A stretch of 64,000 nt of DNA from an uncultured virus (IMG/VR IMGVR_UViG_3300021960_000024). Its lineage: Duplodnaviria > Heunggongvirae > Uroviricota > Caudoviricetes. Where the stretch lies: the IMG/VR virus record IMGVR_UViG_3300021960_000024; one strand, given 5' to 3'. Under the pieces are notes generated by a model that worked only from the letters and a program-made list of their open reading frames with translations, had not been told where the DNA came from and made no database searches. Shown one piece after another: positions 1-10,004 of this stretch. A program made the position numbers and the translations under genes. Each line of letters starts with the position of its first letter. Positions within the stretch are counted from its first letter, which is position 1.

Positions 1-2
1 GT

Positions 3-143
3 TTAGTAAATTATAAAAAGGGTTTGCAAGTAGACCACGTTGACCGCAATCTAAATAATCTTGCGCCTGAAAATCTGAAGACTTACTGCCCTAATGCACA
101 CAGCGGTAAGACTATGAAGTATGAGGATTATATGCCAAAATGA
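3..143 (+). CDS. 3' end of an HNH endonuclease-like gene (partial)
   Basis: Frame 3 reads LQVDHVDRNLNNLAPENLKTYCPNAHSGKT, an HNH pattern; its stop overlaps the next ATG (ATGA). Confidence 0.65.
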   Translation, partial: LVNYKKGLQVDHVDRNLNNLAPENLKTYCPNAHSGKTMKYEDYMPK

Positions 144-820
144 AAACTCTTGTATTCCAAGTTAATATAAAACCTAACGGAGTCAAAACTTCTGGTAAAA
201 AAAGGTTTGCATACTCCAATTCTCTTTATGGTTTTTCGAATCAAAGAGCTAAAGAGTATGCAGATAAATTTGGTGCAGATTATTTTTGCTTATATAACAC
301 AGATTGGTTAGGAAATGAATATGCACCATGTTATCATACATTGTATGTTTACAAAATGTATGAAAAATATGATAAAATATTATACCTAGATAGTGATGCT
401 GTAATAACAAAGAATTGTCCAAATATTTTTAATTATGATAAATTTTCAGCAGTTTTAGATAATTCAAAACAAACACCATCAGGAAAAGAAAAAAATAAAA
501 GAAAGTTACAAATACACAATCTTCCAGATACACATGATTATTTTTGTAGTGGAGTGATACTGTTTGATAAAAAGTTCTTACAATTAACTGAACAGTATTG
601 GAAAGATGAATTAGATTGTTGGAAAAATATTAAAAATGGTCAACACGACCAATCTGTGTTTAATGTGTTAGTTTCAAAATATTATGGAAAATATAATTTG
701 CTTGATGATGATTGGGGTTCTTGGAGAAAACGGGGCAAATTTATAACTCATTACAGTGGCCCAACACAAACATCAGAATGGACAGAAGAAAAGTTTTTGA
801 AATGGGAAAATAAACTATGA
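140..820 (+). CDS. GT-A fold glycosyltransferase (GT8-like)
   Basis: ILYLDSD DxD motif, YFCSGVILF, HDQSVFN, ITHYSG; AT-rich. Confidence 0.75.
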   Translation: MKTLVFQVNIKPNGVKTSGKKRFAYSNSLYGFSNQRAKEYADKFGADYFCLYNTDWLGNEYAPCYHTLYVYKMYEKYDKILYLDSDAVITKNCPNIFNYDKFSAVLDNSKQTPSGKEKNKRKLQIHNLPDTHDYFCSGVILFDKKFLQLTEQYWKDELDCWKNIKNGQHDQSVFNVLVSKYYGKYNLLDDDWGSWRKRGKFITHYSGPTQTSEWTEEKFLKWENKL

Positions 821-1986
821 AAGTAGCTATTGTTCTAGGACGAGGCCTCGAAGGGTGCGGCGTTACAAAATACACTGTAGAGTTGGAGAGGTGGTTACTC
901 AACAACTCCCATACTCCTATGGTATATGCATCTAAGGATAAAAGGTGGTCTAGGAACGACTCCCATGAGATACAGAATTTGGTTCATGTGCGCTTTGACA
1001 GAGATGATTTTGATGAGGTATATGAGGGCTGTAAATCTTCTGATATAATTATATTCAATTCATTGCCGTCTGTTAATCACAGTAAAAAATGTCAAGATAG
1101 GTTTTCTACACTGTTGGACTTAGGCGTATATAGGGTGTTTATTCAGCATGATCATAACAAGTCTTCACTAAGAAGAAATACATTGCTACAAGATTCTTAT
1201 GAAAAATCAGATATAATATTTGCACACTCCGACACTGGTGATTTTGCAGACATGGTAAATACTCCAAATCTTTTTGATATGAGGAAAATAGATATTCACC
1301 TGATGCAGCCGGGAATATCATTTTCTCACTATGAGGAATATCATAAATCTGTTGAAGATCAAGATATGAAGCATCACAAATGGATAGGTCGGACTGCGAG
1401 ATGGAAAAACTATGACATGATGTTTGACTTCCATAATAAGTATTTAAAAGAATTGGGCCACTTAACCACATTTGAAGGAATAGATAAGAGTCCTATTTTT
1501 ATAGAGTTAAAAAACAGGAATAAGTTTTTTGATGAAGTTGTCTCAGAAATAGACACTGTAGACTTGAAAGATAGATATGGAAAGGATGCGACAGTCTTTG
1601 GTGATTATAACAATAAAGCAATGCTGAATAGGATGTCTAAATGTGGATTTGGCTATCAGCTGTCTTTACTTGAGGACAGATTTATTAAAAAATCCCTAGA
1701 GTTTACTCACTTAGAAATTGTTGCAGTTGGAGCAATACCTGTGTTCAGAAAAGAATACGGGGATATTTGTATTCATCGTTACTATGATAAACCTTTAACA
1801 GAATTAGATAGTGGAACAATATGGCTTTCTAATGACAACATGGAAGAGTGCAGAGATTTGGTGCAAGAGCTGTCTGCTAATGAAGAGCTAAGGAATGAGT
1901 ATAGAGATAAATCATATGATACATATTCTTACTATGACAGCAAATATACTACCCAAGATATGTTTGATAAAATGGAGATGTCATGA
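817..1986 (+). CDS. agt: DNA alpha-glucosyltransferase (T4 AGT-like)
   Basis: RGLEGCGVTK, QHDHNKSSLRRN, WIGRT, RMSKCGFGYQLS, SLEFTHLE and DSGTIW match T4 alpha-glucosyltransferase along the whole length. Confidence 0.9.
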   Translation: MKVAIVLGRGLEGCGVTKYTVELERWLLNNSHTPMVYASKDKRWSRNDSHEIQNLVHVRFDRDDFDEVYEGCKSSDIIIFNSLPSVNHSKKCQDRFSTLLDLGVYRVFIQHDHNKSSLRRNTLLQDSYEKSDIIFAHSDTGDFADMVNTPNLFDMRKIDIHLMQPGISFSHYEEYHKSVEDQDMKHHKWIGRTARWKNYDMMFDFHNKYLKELGHLTTFEGIDKSPIFIELKNRNKFFDEVVSEIDTVDLKDRYGKDATVFGDYNNKAMLNRMSKCGFGYQLSLLEDRFIKKSLEFTHLEIVAVGAIPVFRKEYGDICIHRYYDKPLTELDSGTIWLSNDNMEECRDLVQELSANEELRNEYRDKSYDTYSYYDSKYTTQDMFDKMEMS

Positions 1987-2930
1987 AGCATATAATCGCA
2001 CAGAATGATTATGGTGAGAAAGAGACTTTCGAAAAGTGGAACGGTAAGTTCTATGATGAGTCTGATCTTGATGAGATTATTCATGTAACAGAGGACACTG
2101 TTATCATGCGTCCAGATGCTACACTTGACGGGCCCGGTGTTCCTATTGCTTATGTGGTAACAAACGCATTTCCGAATGATGATATGCGTGATGTTCTCTA
2201 CGGCATCGAAGAATCATCTACCATGCGAGCAAACTGCGCTGGTCCTATTGACCCTGTTGAGATGGCTGCTAAGGGATTGATTGAGGGTGAACACTACAAA
2301 CTTCGATCTCCCAATTCGTACCATGTGAGAGCAAAAAATGGAAAGTGGGGTATGATCGCATATGCCAACGAAATTAATAGTGTAATGATTGGTGCAAAGC
2401 GTGGACGTTTCACAGGAAAAATTAACATATCCAATGAGGAGAGTTGGAAAGCACTGAAACCATTGTGTGTTGATGTTGAACGTGCATTTGAGAAAGCTGC
2501 ACCAGAGATTTACAATAGACAGAAAAGGTTCGCAGAAGAAGCAATCGCACCAGAGCATCGTCATGGTATGATCACCACCCTGAGTGCTAATCGGTACAGT
2601 GCAATGCAGAGTAAAGCCATGGGTGTTCATAGCGATGGGAAGGATGTTGAGTATACAACTATGAGTTGTCATCGACAGGGCGAATACACGGGAGCGTATC
2701 TCTCATTCCCTCGTTGGGGTGTAGGTCTTGATCTCCCAGATAACTGCGTGTGTATTGCAGATTCTAAGAGTTTACACTGTGTTACACCTATTAGTGGTGC
2801 GGGACAGAGGTTCACAACGGTCTGTTATACGGACCTATCTGCAGCCACAATAGGGAATATGGGTAAGTCAGAACGCCTGATTGGCCGGTTTGCGAAAAAA
2901 GAAGTTGGAAGTTTAGAAGACTTTATTTAA
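1983..2930 (+). CDS. TET/JBP-family 2OG-Fe(II) 5-methylpyrimidine dioxygenase
   Basis: HSD (HxD), GAYLSFP, LHCVTPI and RFTTVCY; adjacent to AGT. Confidence 0.8.
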   Translation: MKHIIAQNDYGEKETFEKWNGKFYDESDLDEIIHVTEDTVIMRPDATLDGPGVPIAYVVTNAFPNDDMRDVLYGIEESSTMRANCAGPIDPVEMAAKGLIEGEHYKLRSPNSYHVRAKNGKWGMIAYANEINSVMIGAKRGRFTGKINISNEESWKALKPLCVDVERAFEKAAPEIYNRQKRFAEEAIAPEHRHGMITTLSANRYSAMQSKAMGVHSDGKDVEYTTMSCHRQGEYTGAYLSFPRWGVGLDLPDNCVCIADSKSLHCVTPISGAGQRFTTVCYTDLSAATIGNMGKSERLIGRFAKKEVGSLEDFI

Positions 2931-2963
2931 TTGACACCCATCAAGTTCCATGTTATATAAATA
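2931..2963 (+). promoter_or_regulatory. Overlapping sigma70-like promoter and T4 late promoter
   Basis: TTGACA at 2931; TATAAATA at 2956-2963. Confidence 0.65.
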
Positions 2964-2991
2964 GAATATAACACACACATGGAGCAGTTGA

Positions 2992-4128
2992 ATGTCTAAT
3001 CTCAATCACTATGTACGGCAATTACGCCCCCGTACAGAATCATATACTCCCCATGTTGATAGGATTCAAGACTTATTCATCAATGAAGCATCCTTTAGTC
3101 CTAAAAACTTTCCATCTGATGTGGGAAATAATAAATCTTTTTCTGGGGCTGGTGAAAGAACAACATATGCTCCAACAAATAAATCAACATACAAATATAA
3201 ATCTGGATTTGAAATAGCGAAAAAAACTTCTTTGTATTCTAAAACAGGAAAAGTTATAAAGTCATTAGTTCCTAATGACAGGGTTTATTTTACAATTCCA
3301 GCAACTCTACACAAATCTGATGAATTTGGTGTTCGTGGTAGAAAGACAACCCTTGCTCCAATATCTCTCAAAGGATTTGATAAAAGTGTAGATGGATACG
3401 TTTCAATAAGTGCTGTTATTAAACCTAGTGGTTCTTCTCAAGGAAGAGTTGGGGCTGGATCAAAAACACAAGATATGGTTGCACAGCATGTTATGGAGAT
3501 ATGTCGAAAAAAAGATTTACAATTTTCAAATGATTATAAGATTGCAAAAGCGGGTTCTACAATCCCTGACTTGGTAATGTCAATTGAAAATAAAAGTGTG
3601 CAATTTGAAATAAAAGGTACAAGTAATAGAAAGTCACAAGTTGCTTTTTTTGATAAGTCTGTTAAAAGGTCTGGTCGTAAACCAGAATTGCTTGAAGAAA
3701 TTGCAAATGTATATATTGATACATTAAAGACAAAAGACGGCAGCGTAAAAAAACTTATGTTAAAAGGTGGTTTTCCTAGTACTTTTGTAGGACTTATTGA
3801 TTTTTATAACTCAATAGATTCAAAAATTGGTTTAGCTGGCGATGAAGGTGTAATAAAATCTGGAAAATTACCATCTGATTTTATTACCGATGACACAACA
3901 ATAATGACTAAGATGTATAAAATAATATTGGATCACTTTGAGGAAGGTGGTGATGACTATTTTGTTATTCATAGTAGGTCTGATGATTCTTTTGAAGTAT
4001 ATTTTTTAGATAGAGGAGATAATATATTAAAAATGCCATCATTACCAAAGTTCAAGAGATTTGAGTTGTCAACATATGGGGGTGCTTCGAGTGGTTCTAC
4101 CCGTGTTGGACTTAAAATTAGACTTTAG
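2992..4128 (+). CDS. Hypothetical protein with a possible PD-(D/E)xK nuclease domain
   Basis: PDLVMSIENKSVQFEIKG resembles PD...ExK; late promoter upstream. Confidence 0.45.
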   Translation: MSNLNHYVRQLRPRTESYTPHVDRIQDLFINEASFSPKNFPSDVGNNKSFSGAGERTTYAPTNKSTYKYKSGFEIAKKTSLYSKTGKVIKSLVPNDRVYFTIPATLHKSDEFGVRGRKTTLAPISLKGFDKSVDGYVSISAVIKPSGSSQGRVGAGSKTQDMVAQHVMEICRKKDLQFSNDYKIAKAGSTIPDLVMSIENKSVQFEIKGTSNRKSQVAFFDKSVKRSGRKPELLEEIANVYIDTLKTKDGSVKKLMLKGGFPSTFVGLIDFYNSIDSKIGLAGDEGVIKSGKLPSDFITDDTTIMTKMYKIILDHFEEGGDDYFVIHSRSDDSFEVYFLDRGDNILKMPSLPKFKRFELSTYGGASSGSTRVGLKIRL

Positions 4129-4136
4129 GCTATGAA

Positions 4137-5087
4137 ATGAAAACCTTCAAATCTTTATACGAGGAATTAGATTTCGCACCCACCCACTCATTAAGTTTAT
4201 CAGAACTTATTTTTACTAGGGCAGAAGGTGGATCAGATATGTCAGCCACTTCAGCAAGAAGAGGTGGGCCCGGTTCGCCAGCAAATCATATGTGGCTGCC
4301 TCTATCTGGTTCTATGTTTAAAAGAATATTCCCGAAGGAAGTTAGAGCAACAGTTTTTCATGTAACAAGAATGACTAGTTTTGATCAGTTGTATGAAATT
4401 CAAAACTCAAATCGTTCCATATCTGCATTTACAAATATGGATAGAACACCTATTGTTACAGGTGTACAGGGAGGTAGTGGTCTTGTTATTGAACTGGAAG
4501 GAAACATTCTTGCATCAGCAAAAGAAGACCTTATGTCTATTCCCGAAACATCTGGTAGAAGGATGCTTGGTTTTAATTGGTTCAGAGGTCCGTGGGGTTC
4601 CGATGATGTTGCGAAAATGCAAAAGGGTCTTGAAATACTATTGAAAGTATTAATCAAAAAATATGGAAAGGCCTTTGGTGGAGATGCACCAAAAGGTAAA
4701 GATGATTTTGACAAATGGATGCACATGCATGTGACATATAAAAATTCTAAAGTAAAGAATGCTGGTAGGATAATGCAATCTCTTATAAAGGATTATTTGG
4801 ATGGTGTTGAGAAAGTATTCAAAAAAAATTCCACACAGGTTCAGAATACATTGACTCGTTATATGCAACGCCGCAAAACTGATGATAACTGGGATGAGAT
4901 TGTAATTGATGATTTTGAAATCAAAAAGATATGGATAATAGAGGATGCAGATGAAATGGTGTCTGGTGCTGCTGAAGAGTTTAAATCTAACATAACATCT
5001 ACAAAATTACCAGTTGAGATTATTAATGCCCAGAACATGGAAGCACATGTAAGGGGTGTTGCAATGAAAGCTACAGGTAGGTCATAA
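4137..5087 (+). CDS. Hypothetical protein, possibly capsid-internal
   Basis: N-terminus MKTFKSLYEE resembles the T4 capsid targeting sequence. Confidence 0.55.
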   Translation: MKTFKSLYEELDFAPTHSLSLSELIFTRAEGGSDMSATSARRGGPGSPANHMWLPLSGSMFKRIFPKEVRATVFHVTRMTSFDQLYEIQNSNRSISAFTNMDRTPIVTGVQGGSGLVIELEGNILASAKEDLMSIPETSGRRMLGFNWFRGPWGSDDVAKMQKGLEILLKVLIKKYGKAFGGDAPKGKDDFDKWMHMHVTYKNSKVKNAGRIMQSLIKDYLDGVEKVFKKNSTQVQNTLTRYMQRRKTDDNWDEIVIDDFEIKKIWIIEDADEMVSGAAEEFKSNITSTKLPVEIINAQNMEAHVRGVAMKATGRS

Positions 5088-6691
5088 TGATAACACAATC
5101 AGATTTAAATCAGGTAGAGAAGTTTGCTGATCGGCTGTTCGCAAAGGTTGGTATTGATGTTGAGTTCACTCGACACTTTATGGACAGGGTGAATGATGCT
5201 CGTAATAAGAAAGCTATCACACCTTCTGAACTGACTCGTCTATTCAAGCAGTCTTATTCCAAGTATGGTAAAAAGATAGCACAGCTTGGTCCTGATGCTG
5301 AAGCTGTTATCAATGACATGAAGACGAATATCAATATGCCATTTGTCCTCAACCTCAAAGGAAATGAGTTGGAGTTGGTGGCAAAAACTGTTATGCGTAA
5401 GAAAGATTTCAAGACCTCTGGTCCTAAGTTGTCTTTTGAACAGTTTAGTAATTGTTCACCTTTTGTTCTTTTAGAAGATAAGGGCGGTAAGAACCTTCAC
5501 CTAGAACATCTAGAGGATGAAATCCTTAACTATGGTGTTGATGGTGGTAGAGCTGCACTTGACTTCCTGCGTTCTCTACGAGATATGTTAGCGGGTTCTG
5601 CACGTTCTAGTGTAAACATGACGGTTAAGTGGGACGGTGCGCCAGCAATCTTCGCTGGTGTTGAACCAGAGACAGGTGACTTTTTTGTGGCCAAGAAATC
5701 TGTGTTCAACGTCTCACCCAAATTATACAAGACCACAAAAGAAATTGATGATGATTTATCTGGAGCATTAAATGAAAAGTTTAAAGTTGCACTTAAAGAG
5801 TTTTCTAAGTTGGGTATCAAGGGGGTACTACAGGGTGACCTCATGTTCACTGACGATGTGGAAACAGAGACTATCGATGGCGTCAAGTATTATACTTTTC
5901 AGCCTAACACTATTGTCTATGCTATACCTGTTGATAGCGTATTAGGTAAGACTATCAACAAAGCAAAAGTTGGTATTGTCTGGCACACCACATATACAGG
6001 CGACACCCTACAGGGTATGAAAGCATCATTTGGTGCAGATATTAAGGGGTTAAAAACCCCATCAAGCGTTTGGATGGATGATGCAACCTATAAGGACGCA
6101 TCTGGTAAGGCAACATTTACTGCTAAAGAGACAGAACAAATCACTGCTATACTATCACAAGTTGGTAAAACTTTCAATAAGATCAATGCGAATGGGTTGC
6201 GTAAGTTCCTTACTGTGCAGAACGGTATGACGGGTGCGATTGCTGGTGCATCTCTCAAGACTTACAATAACTCAAAGGTTCGTGCGGGTGAGAAGATTAG
6301 TAATCCTGCCGCACATGCAAAGGGTTATGAGAAGTGGGTGTTTGACTCTATCCAGAAACAGATTGACAAGGTTAAGAGTGACAAGGGTAAGAAGAAATAC
6401 ACTGACATGCAGAAAGAGTATGGCCGTGAAATAAAAAAACACACTCAAAATCTAACACAGATCATCACCTTCCAGAACCTATTGGTTGATGCGAAGATGC
6501 AAATCGTTAATAAACTAAATAGTGTAAAGGGTTTGACCGATACTTTTATTAAGACCTCAAATGGATTTAAGGTGACAAATCCCGAAGGATATGTTGCTAT
6601 TGACAGAATAAGTGGTGGTGCAGTTAAACTGGTGGACCGTATGGAGTTCTCGTTTAACAACTTCACAGCTGTCAAAAATTGGATGAAATAG
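5087..6691 (+). CDS. Conserved phage protein (DUF6267-like) with ligase-type nucleotidyltransferase motifs and an extra N-terminal domain
   Basis: KNLHLEHLED, VKWDGAP (KxDG), QGDLMF, PEGYV, VKLVDR. Confidence 0.6.
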   Translation: MITQSDLNQVEKFADRLFAKVGIDVEFTRHFMDRVNDARNKKAITPSELTRLFKQSYSKYGKKIAQLGPDAEAVINDMKTNINMPFVLNLKGNELELVAKTVMRKKDFKTSGPKLSFEQFSNCSPFVLLEDKGGKNLHLEHLEDEILNYGVDGGRAALDFLRSLRDMLAGSARSSVNMTVKWDGAPAIFAGVEPETGDFFVAKKSVFNVSPKLYKTTKEIDDDLSGALNEKFKVALKEFSKLGIKGVLQGDLMFTDDVETETIDGVKYYTFQPNTIVYAIPVDSVLGKTINKAKVGIVWHTTYTGDTLQGMKASFGADIKGLKTPSSVWMDDATYKDASGKATFTAKETEQITAILSQVGKTFNKINANGLRKFLTVQNGMTGAIAGASLKTYNNSKVRAGEKISNPAAHAKGYEKWVFDSIQKQIDKVKSDKGKKKYTDMQKEYGREIKKHTQNLTQIITFQNLLVDAKMQIVNKLNSVKGLTDTFIKTSNGFKVTNPEGYVAIDRISGGAVKLVDRMEFSFNNFTAVKNWMK

Positions 6692-9600
6692 ATGCGTAGT
6701 TTTAGAGATATCACAGAGGCTAAAGAAACTGTTGTATTTGGATTCGGGCGATTCAATCCAAGCACGATTGGGCATGAGGCCGTTATTGAAAAGATTGCTT
6801 CTGTAGCAAAGGGCAATCCATTCTTCATATATCCTTCACATACTACTGGACCTAAAGACCCCCTAAAGCACTCTTTGAAAATTGCGTGGATGAGGAAGAT
6901 GTTCCCCAAGTACAAGAAGAACATTATTGTAGATAATAAGGCTAAGACTGTCATCAACATTGCTGAGAAACTATACAAGGATGGTTATAAAAATTTAATT
7001 CTTGTGGTGGGAAGCGATAGAGTAAAAGATTTCGATGCCCTATTACAGAGATATAATGATGCACCAGACAAAAAAGGTAATCAGTTATTCAAATTTGATT
7101 CAGTCAAAGTGGTATCTGCTGGAGAGCGTGATCCAGACGCAGATGGCGTTGCCGGGATGTCTGCCAGCAAACTCAGAAAGGCAGCATCAGATGGTAAGTT
7201 TGATGATTTCAAAAAGGGTATCCCCAATACATTGAACGACGCCGATAAGAAGAAATACTATTTTGACGTTCGTAAGGGAATGGGTATTCGTGAAGATCGT
7301 GAAATGGGTGATGACTATGATTCATTGCGTGACGCATACCTCACAGGTAAAATCTGGAACGTGGGTGAAGTTGTAGAGGCAAACGGTGTCAGTGGTGAGG
7401 TTGTTCGTAAGGGTACAAACTATCTCTCATTCGTAGCAGAGGATGGCAAGGTTCATAAGGCATGGTTACATGAGATTGAACTTGATGAAAATGCAGTTTA
7501 TGATAAAGCAAAGTCTGATGGTGCTAAAAAATATAAAGATAGTCTTGGTGGTGAAGAACCTCTGACAGCAGCAAAATCTCCCTTACAGAAATTGAAGGAC
7601 TTTGACAAGTCCAGAGTTGCCGCAGGGAAACCACCCATATTTACAGACAAGAAACCACCTAAGTTTATTCGCATGAAGAAGTCTGGCCAGATGACAATCA
7701 TGAATGTCCCTACTGATGAGATTGATAAATTTGAGAAGAAGGGTTATGAGATCATTGAAGACCTTGTTGGTGTAAAACCAATGAGTGGACCTACAGGACA
7801 AATCTTTGCATTGAAGTCTGAAGAAGTTGAACTTGATGAAGACGCTTCTGTATATAAAAAGACTGCAAGAAAAAATAAAAATGACGTTACATATGCTTTT
7901 GGTAGAACTAAAAAACTAGATGGCCAACCAAAAGAAAAGGGTGGATATTGGGTTTGGAAATTGTCGAAGAATTATGATGGAAAAGTTCGGGGTGGTATTA
8001 GAGACTCATGGGTATATGTTGACAAAGATTTATCTTATTCTGATGCTGTCAAATTAATGAATAAAAAACTTGGACGCAAAGAATTTAAAGAATCAGTTAA
8101 GGGTAAGGATGTTGGATATCCAGATGAATCCGTGAAGATTGGTAAGAAACACTATATCATCTACAAAGGTGGTAGAGAATGGTATGGATATGAAGTAGAC
8201 AAAGAGGGAAACCAGCTTGGAGACTCAGTGTTTGATCCTAAAAAGAGTGAACTGATAAAGATTCTCGCACAAGAAGGTCTTGATGAGCGCAACTACGCTA
8301 AAGAATATGCGAACTACCAAGGAACACCAGAACAGATTGCTCGCCGTTCTTCAAGGAACAAGGCTCGTAGGGCAATGGGTGACAAGGCAGTTAAGGGTAT
8401 GGACGTTGGACATAAAGACAACAACCCAATGAATAATGACCCGAAGAACCTACGCATGGAGAAACCATCTGACAATCGTAGAGAACCACGGTTGCGTGAA
8501 GAAGATGAACTTGATGAGATGGCATGGTATAAAGTAGCACTAGCAAAAATTAGTCAATTGAACCACCCTAAAGATTATGAAAAAATGGTCAAACAATATG
8601 CGACTGATATGAAAAAACCAGAACTAAAAAACAAGACTGCTTCTTATATCGCAGCAAGGATTGCCCAAGAGTATAAGGGTCAGGACGGTAGAAAACTTGT
8701 TCAGTATATCAACAAACTGGTTGATGATGGTAAACTCCCCAAAGAACTCAAGGCAGAATATCAAGAAGAAGAAACAATGCAGACCTTTAGTGATTTCGTT
8801 AAACAGATCAATGAAGTCAAACAGGACAAAGATGTAGATGATAAGGATGGAACACAACCAGCAAAGTACTATGCTGGTGATATGGCCAAGTCTACCAAAT
8901 CCAAGAGGGATGCACACTTCAAAGCAAAGAAGGCTGGTCCTGCTCCCGGCGATGCTTCTGCAAAAACTAAACCATCCACACACACTAAGAAGTTCAAACA
9001 GATGTATGGCGAAGCGTTACCTAAAGATGCAGATCAAGGTGATTACATCGATGATTTCGAGAAGTCAGATGCACCACAGTTTAGGGGTAAGTCTAAAGAG
9101 AAACGCAAGGACATGGCTATCGCTGCATACCTCTCAAAGAATGAGTCTTTCCTAGATAACGTCAGTAGGATGTTGGGTGAGGATGGTCACACTGATGTTG
9201 CGTCTATGAAAAATAAGGTTCAGATTGCTCAAAAAGCATTGATGAAGATGCAAGGTGAACTGACTAAACTTGGTGATGAAGATGATCTACCTACATGGTG
9301 GACAAACAAGGTTGCAACAGCAGTATCTCGTTTGGATGACATGTCTGATTATATTGACACTCAGGTTGAAGATGTGCAACTAGACGAAAAGATTGAAGGT
9401 CTGGTGAAGAAGGCAGATAAGTCTGGTATGCCATACTCTATTCTCAAGAAGGTATATGATCGTGGTATGGCAGCATGGAAAACGGGTCATCGTCCCGGCA
9501 CCACACCACAACAGTGGGCGATGGCGAGGGTCAACTCGTTCGTGACAAAGAGTAGTGGCACTTGGGGTAAAGCAGATAAAGACCTAGCAAAACAGGTTGA

Positions 9601-9964
9601 ACAGATAGAAGAAGCTTGTTGGGTTGGATACAAACAGGTTGGTATGAAAAAGAAGGGTAATAAAGAAGTGCCCAATTGTGTACCAGAAGAGAAAGAATTA
9701 AATGAGTGGGGTGAGATTGAGGAAGAATCAGAATATCAAGGTCGTAAAGTCACTCTAAACAAACCCACAAAGGGTGATGTTAAAAAGTCCAAGGTGTATG
9801 TCAAGAATGAAAAAGGCAATGTAGTCAAGGTCGAGTTCGGTGATCCTAACATGCAAATCCAAAAAGACATTCCATCACGAAGGAAAAGCTTCCGTGCTCG
9901 ACACAATTGTGATAATCCCGGCCCAAAATGGAAAGCAAGATACTGGTCATGCAAAGCATGGTAA
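6692..9964 (+). CDS. Multi-module polyprotein: HxGH-type nucleotidyltransferase domain, then HNH-like and other small modules separated by acidic linkers
   Basis: FGRFNPSTIGH, VVGSDRV, SAGERDPD, MSASKLR; DVGHKDNNPMNN; YDRGMAAWKTGHRPG; ACWVGYKQVG..PNCVP; RKSFRARHNCD..YWSC; linkers EIELDE, EEVELDE, EGLDE, EEDELDE. Confidence 0.75.
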   Translation: MRSFRDITEAKETVVFGFGRFNPSTIGHEAVIEKIASVAKGNPFFIYPSHTTGPKDPLKHSLKIAWMRKMFPKYKKNIIVDNKAKTVINIAEKLYKDGYKNLILVVGSDRVKDFDALLQRYNDAPDKKGNQLFKFDSVKVVSAGERDPDADGVAGMSASKLRKAASDGKFDDFKKGIPNTLNDADKKKYYFDVRKGMGIREDREMGDDYDSLRDAYLTGKIWNVGEVVEANGVSGEVVRKGTNYLSFVAEDGKVHKAWLHEIELDENAVYDKAKSDGAKKYKDSLGGEEPLTAAKSPLQKLKDFDKSRVAAGKPPIFTDKKPPKFIRMKKSGQMTIMNVPTDEIDKFEKKGYEIIEDLVGVKPMSGPTGQIFALKSEEVELDEDASVYKKTARKNKNDVTYAFGRTKKLDGQPKEKGGYWVWKLSKNYDGKVRGGIRDSWVYVDKDLSYSDAVKLMNKKLGRKEFKESVKGKDVGYPDESVKIGKKHYIIYKGGREWYGYEVDKEGNQLGDSVFDPKKSELIKILAQEGLDERNYAKEYANYQGTPEQIARRSSRNKARRAMGDKAVKGMDVGHKDNNPMNNDPKNLRMEKPSDNRREPRLREEDELDEMAWYKVALAKISQLNHPKDYEKMVKQYATDMKKPELKNKTASYIAARIAQEYKGQDGRKLVQYINKLVDDGKLPKELKAEYQEEETMQTFSDFVKQINEVKQDKDVDDKDGTQPAKYYAGDMAKSTKSKRDAHFKAKKAGPAPGDASAKTKPSTHTKKFKQMYGEALPKDADQGDYIDDFEKSDAPQFRGKSKEKRKDMAIAAYLSKNESFLDNVSRMLGEDGHTDVASMKNKVQIAQKALMKMQGELTKLGDEDDLPTWWTNKVATAVSRLDDMSDYIDTQVEDVQLDEKIEGLVKKADKSGMPYSILKKVYDRGMAAWKTGHRPGTTPQQWAMARVNSFVTKSSGTWGKADKDLAKQVEQIEEACWVGYKQVGMKKKGNKEVPNCVPEEKELNEWGEIEEESEYQGRKVTLNKPTKGDVKKSKVYVKNEKGNVVKVEFGDPNMQIQKDIPSRRKSFRARHNCDNPGPKWKARYWSCKAW

Positions 9965-9966
9965 CT

Positions 9967-9982
9967 TATAAATATATAAATA
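9967..9982 (+). promoter_or_regulatory. Two tandem T4 late promoters
   Basis: TATAAATA TATAAATA. Confidence 0.8.
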
Positions 9983-10004
9983 GAATATAATAAAGGAAAA
10001 TCCT

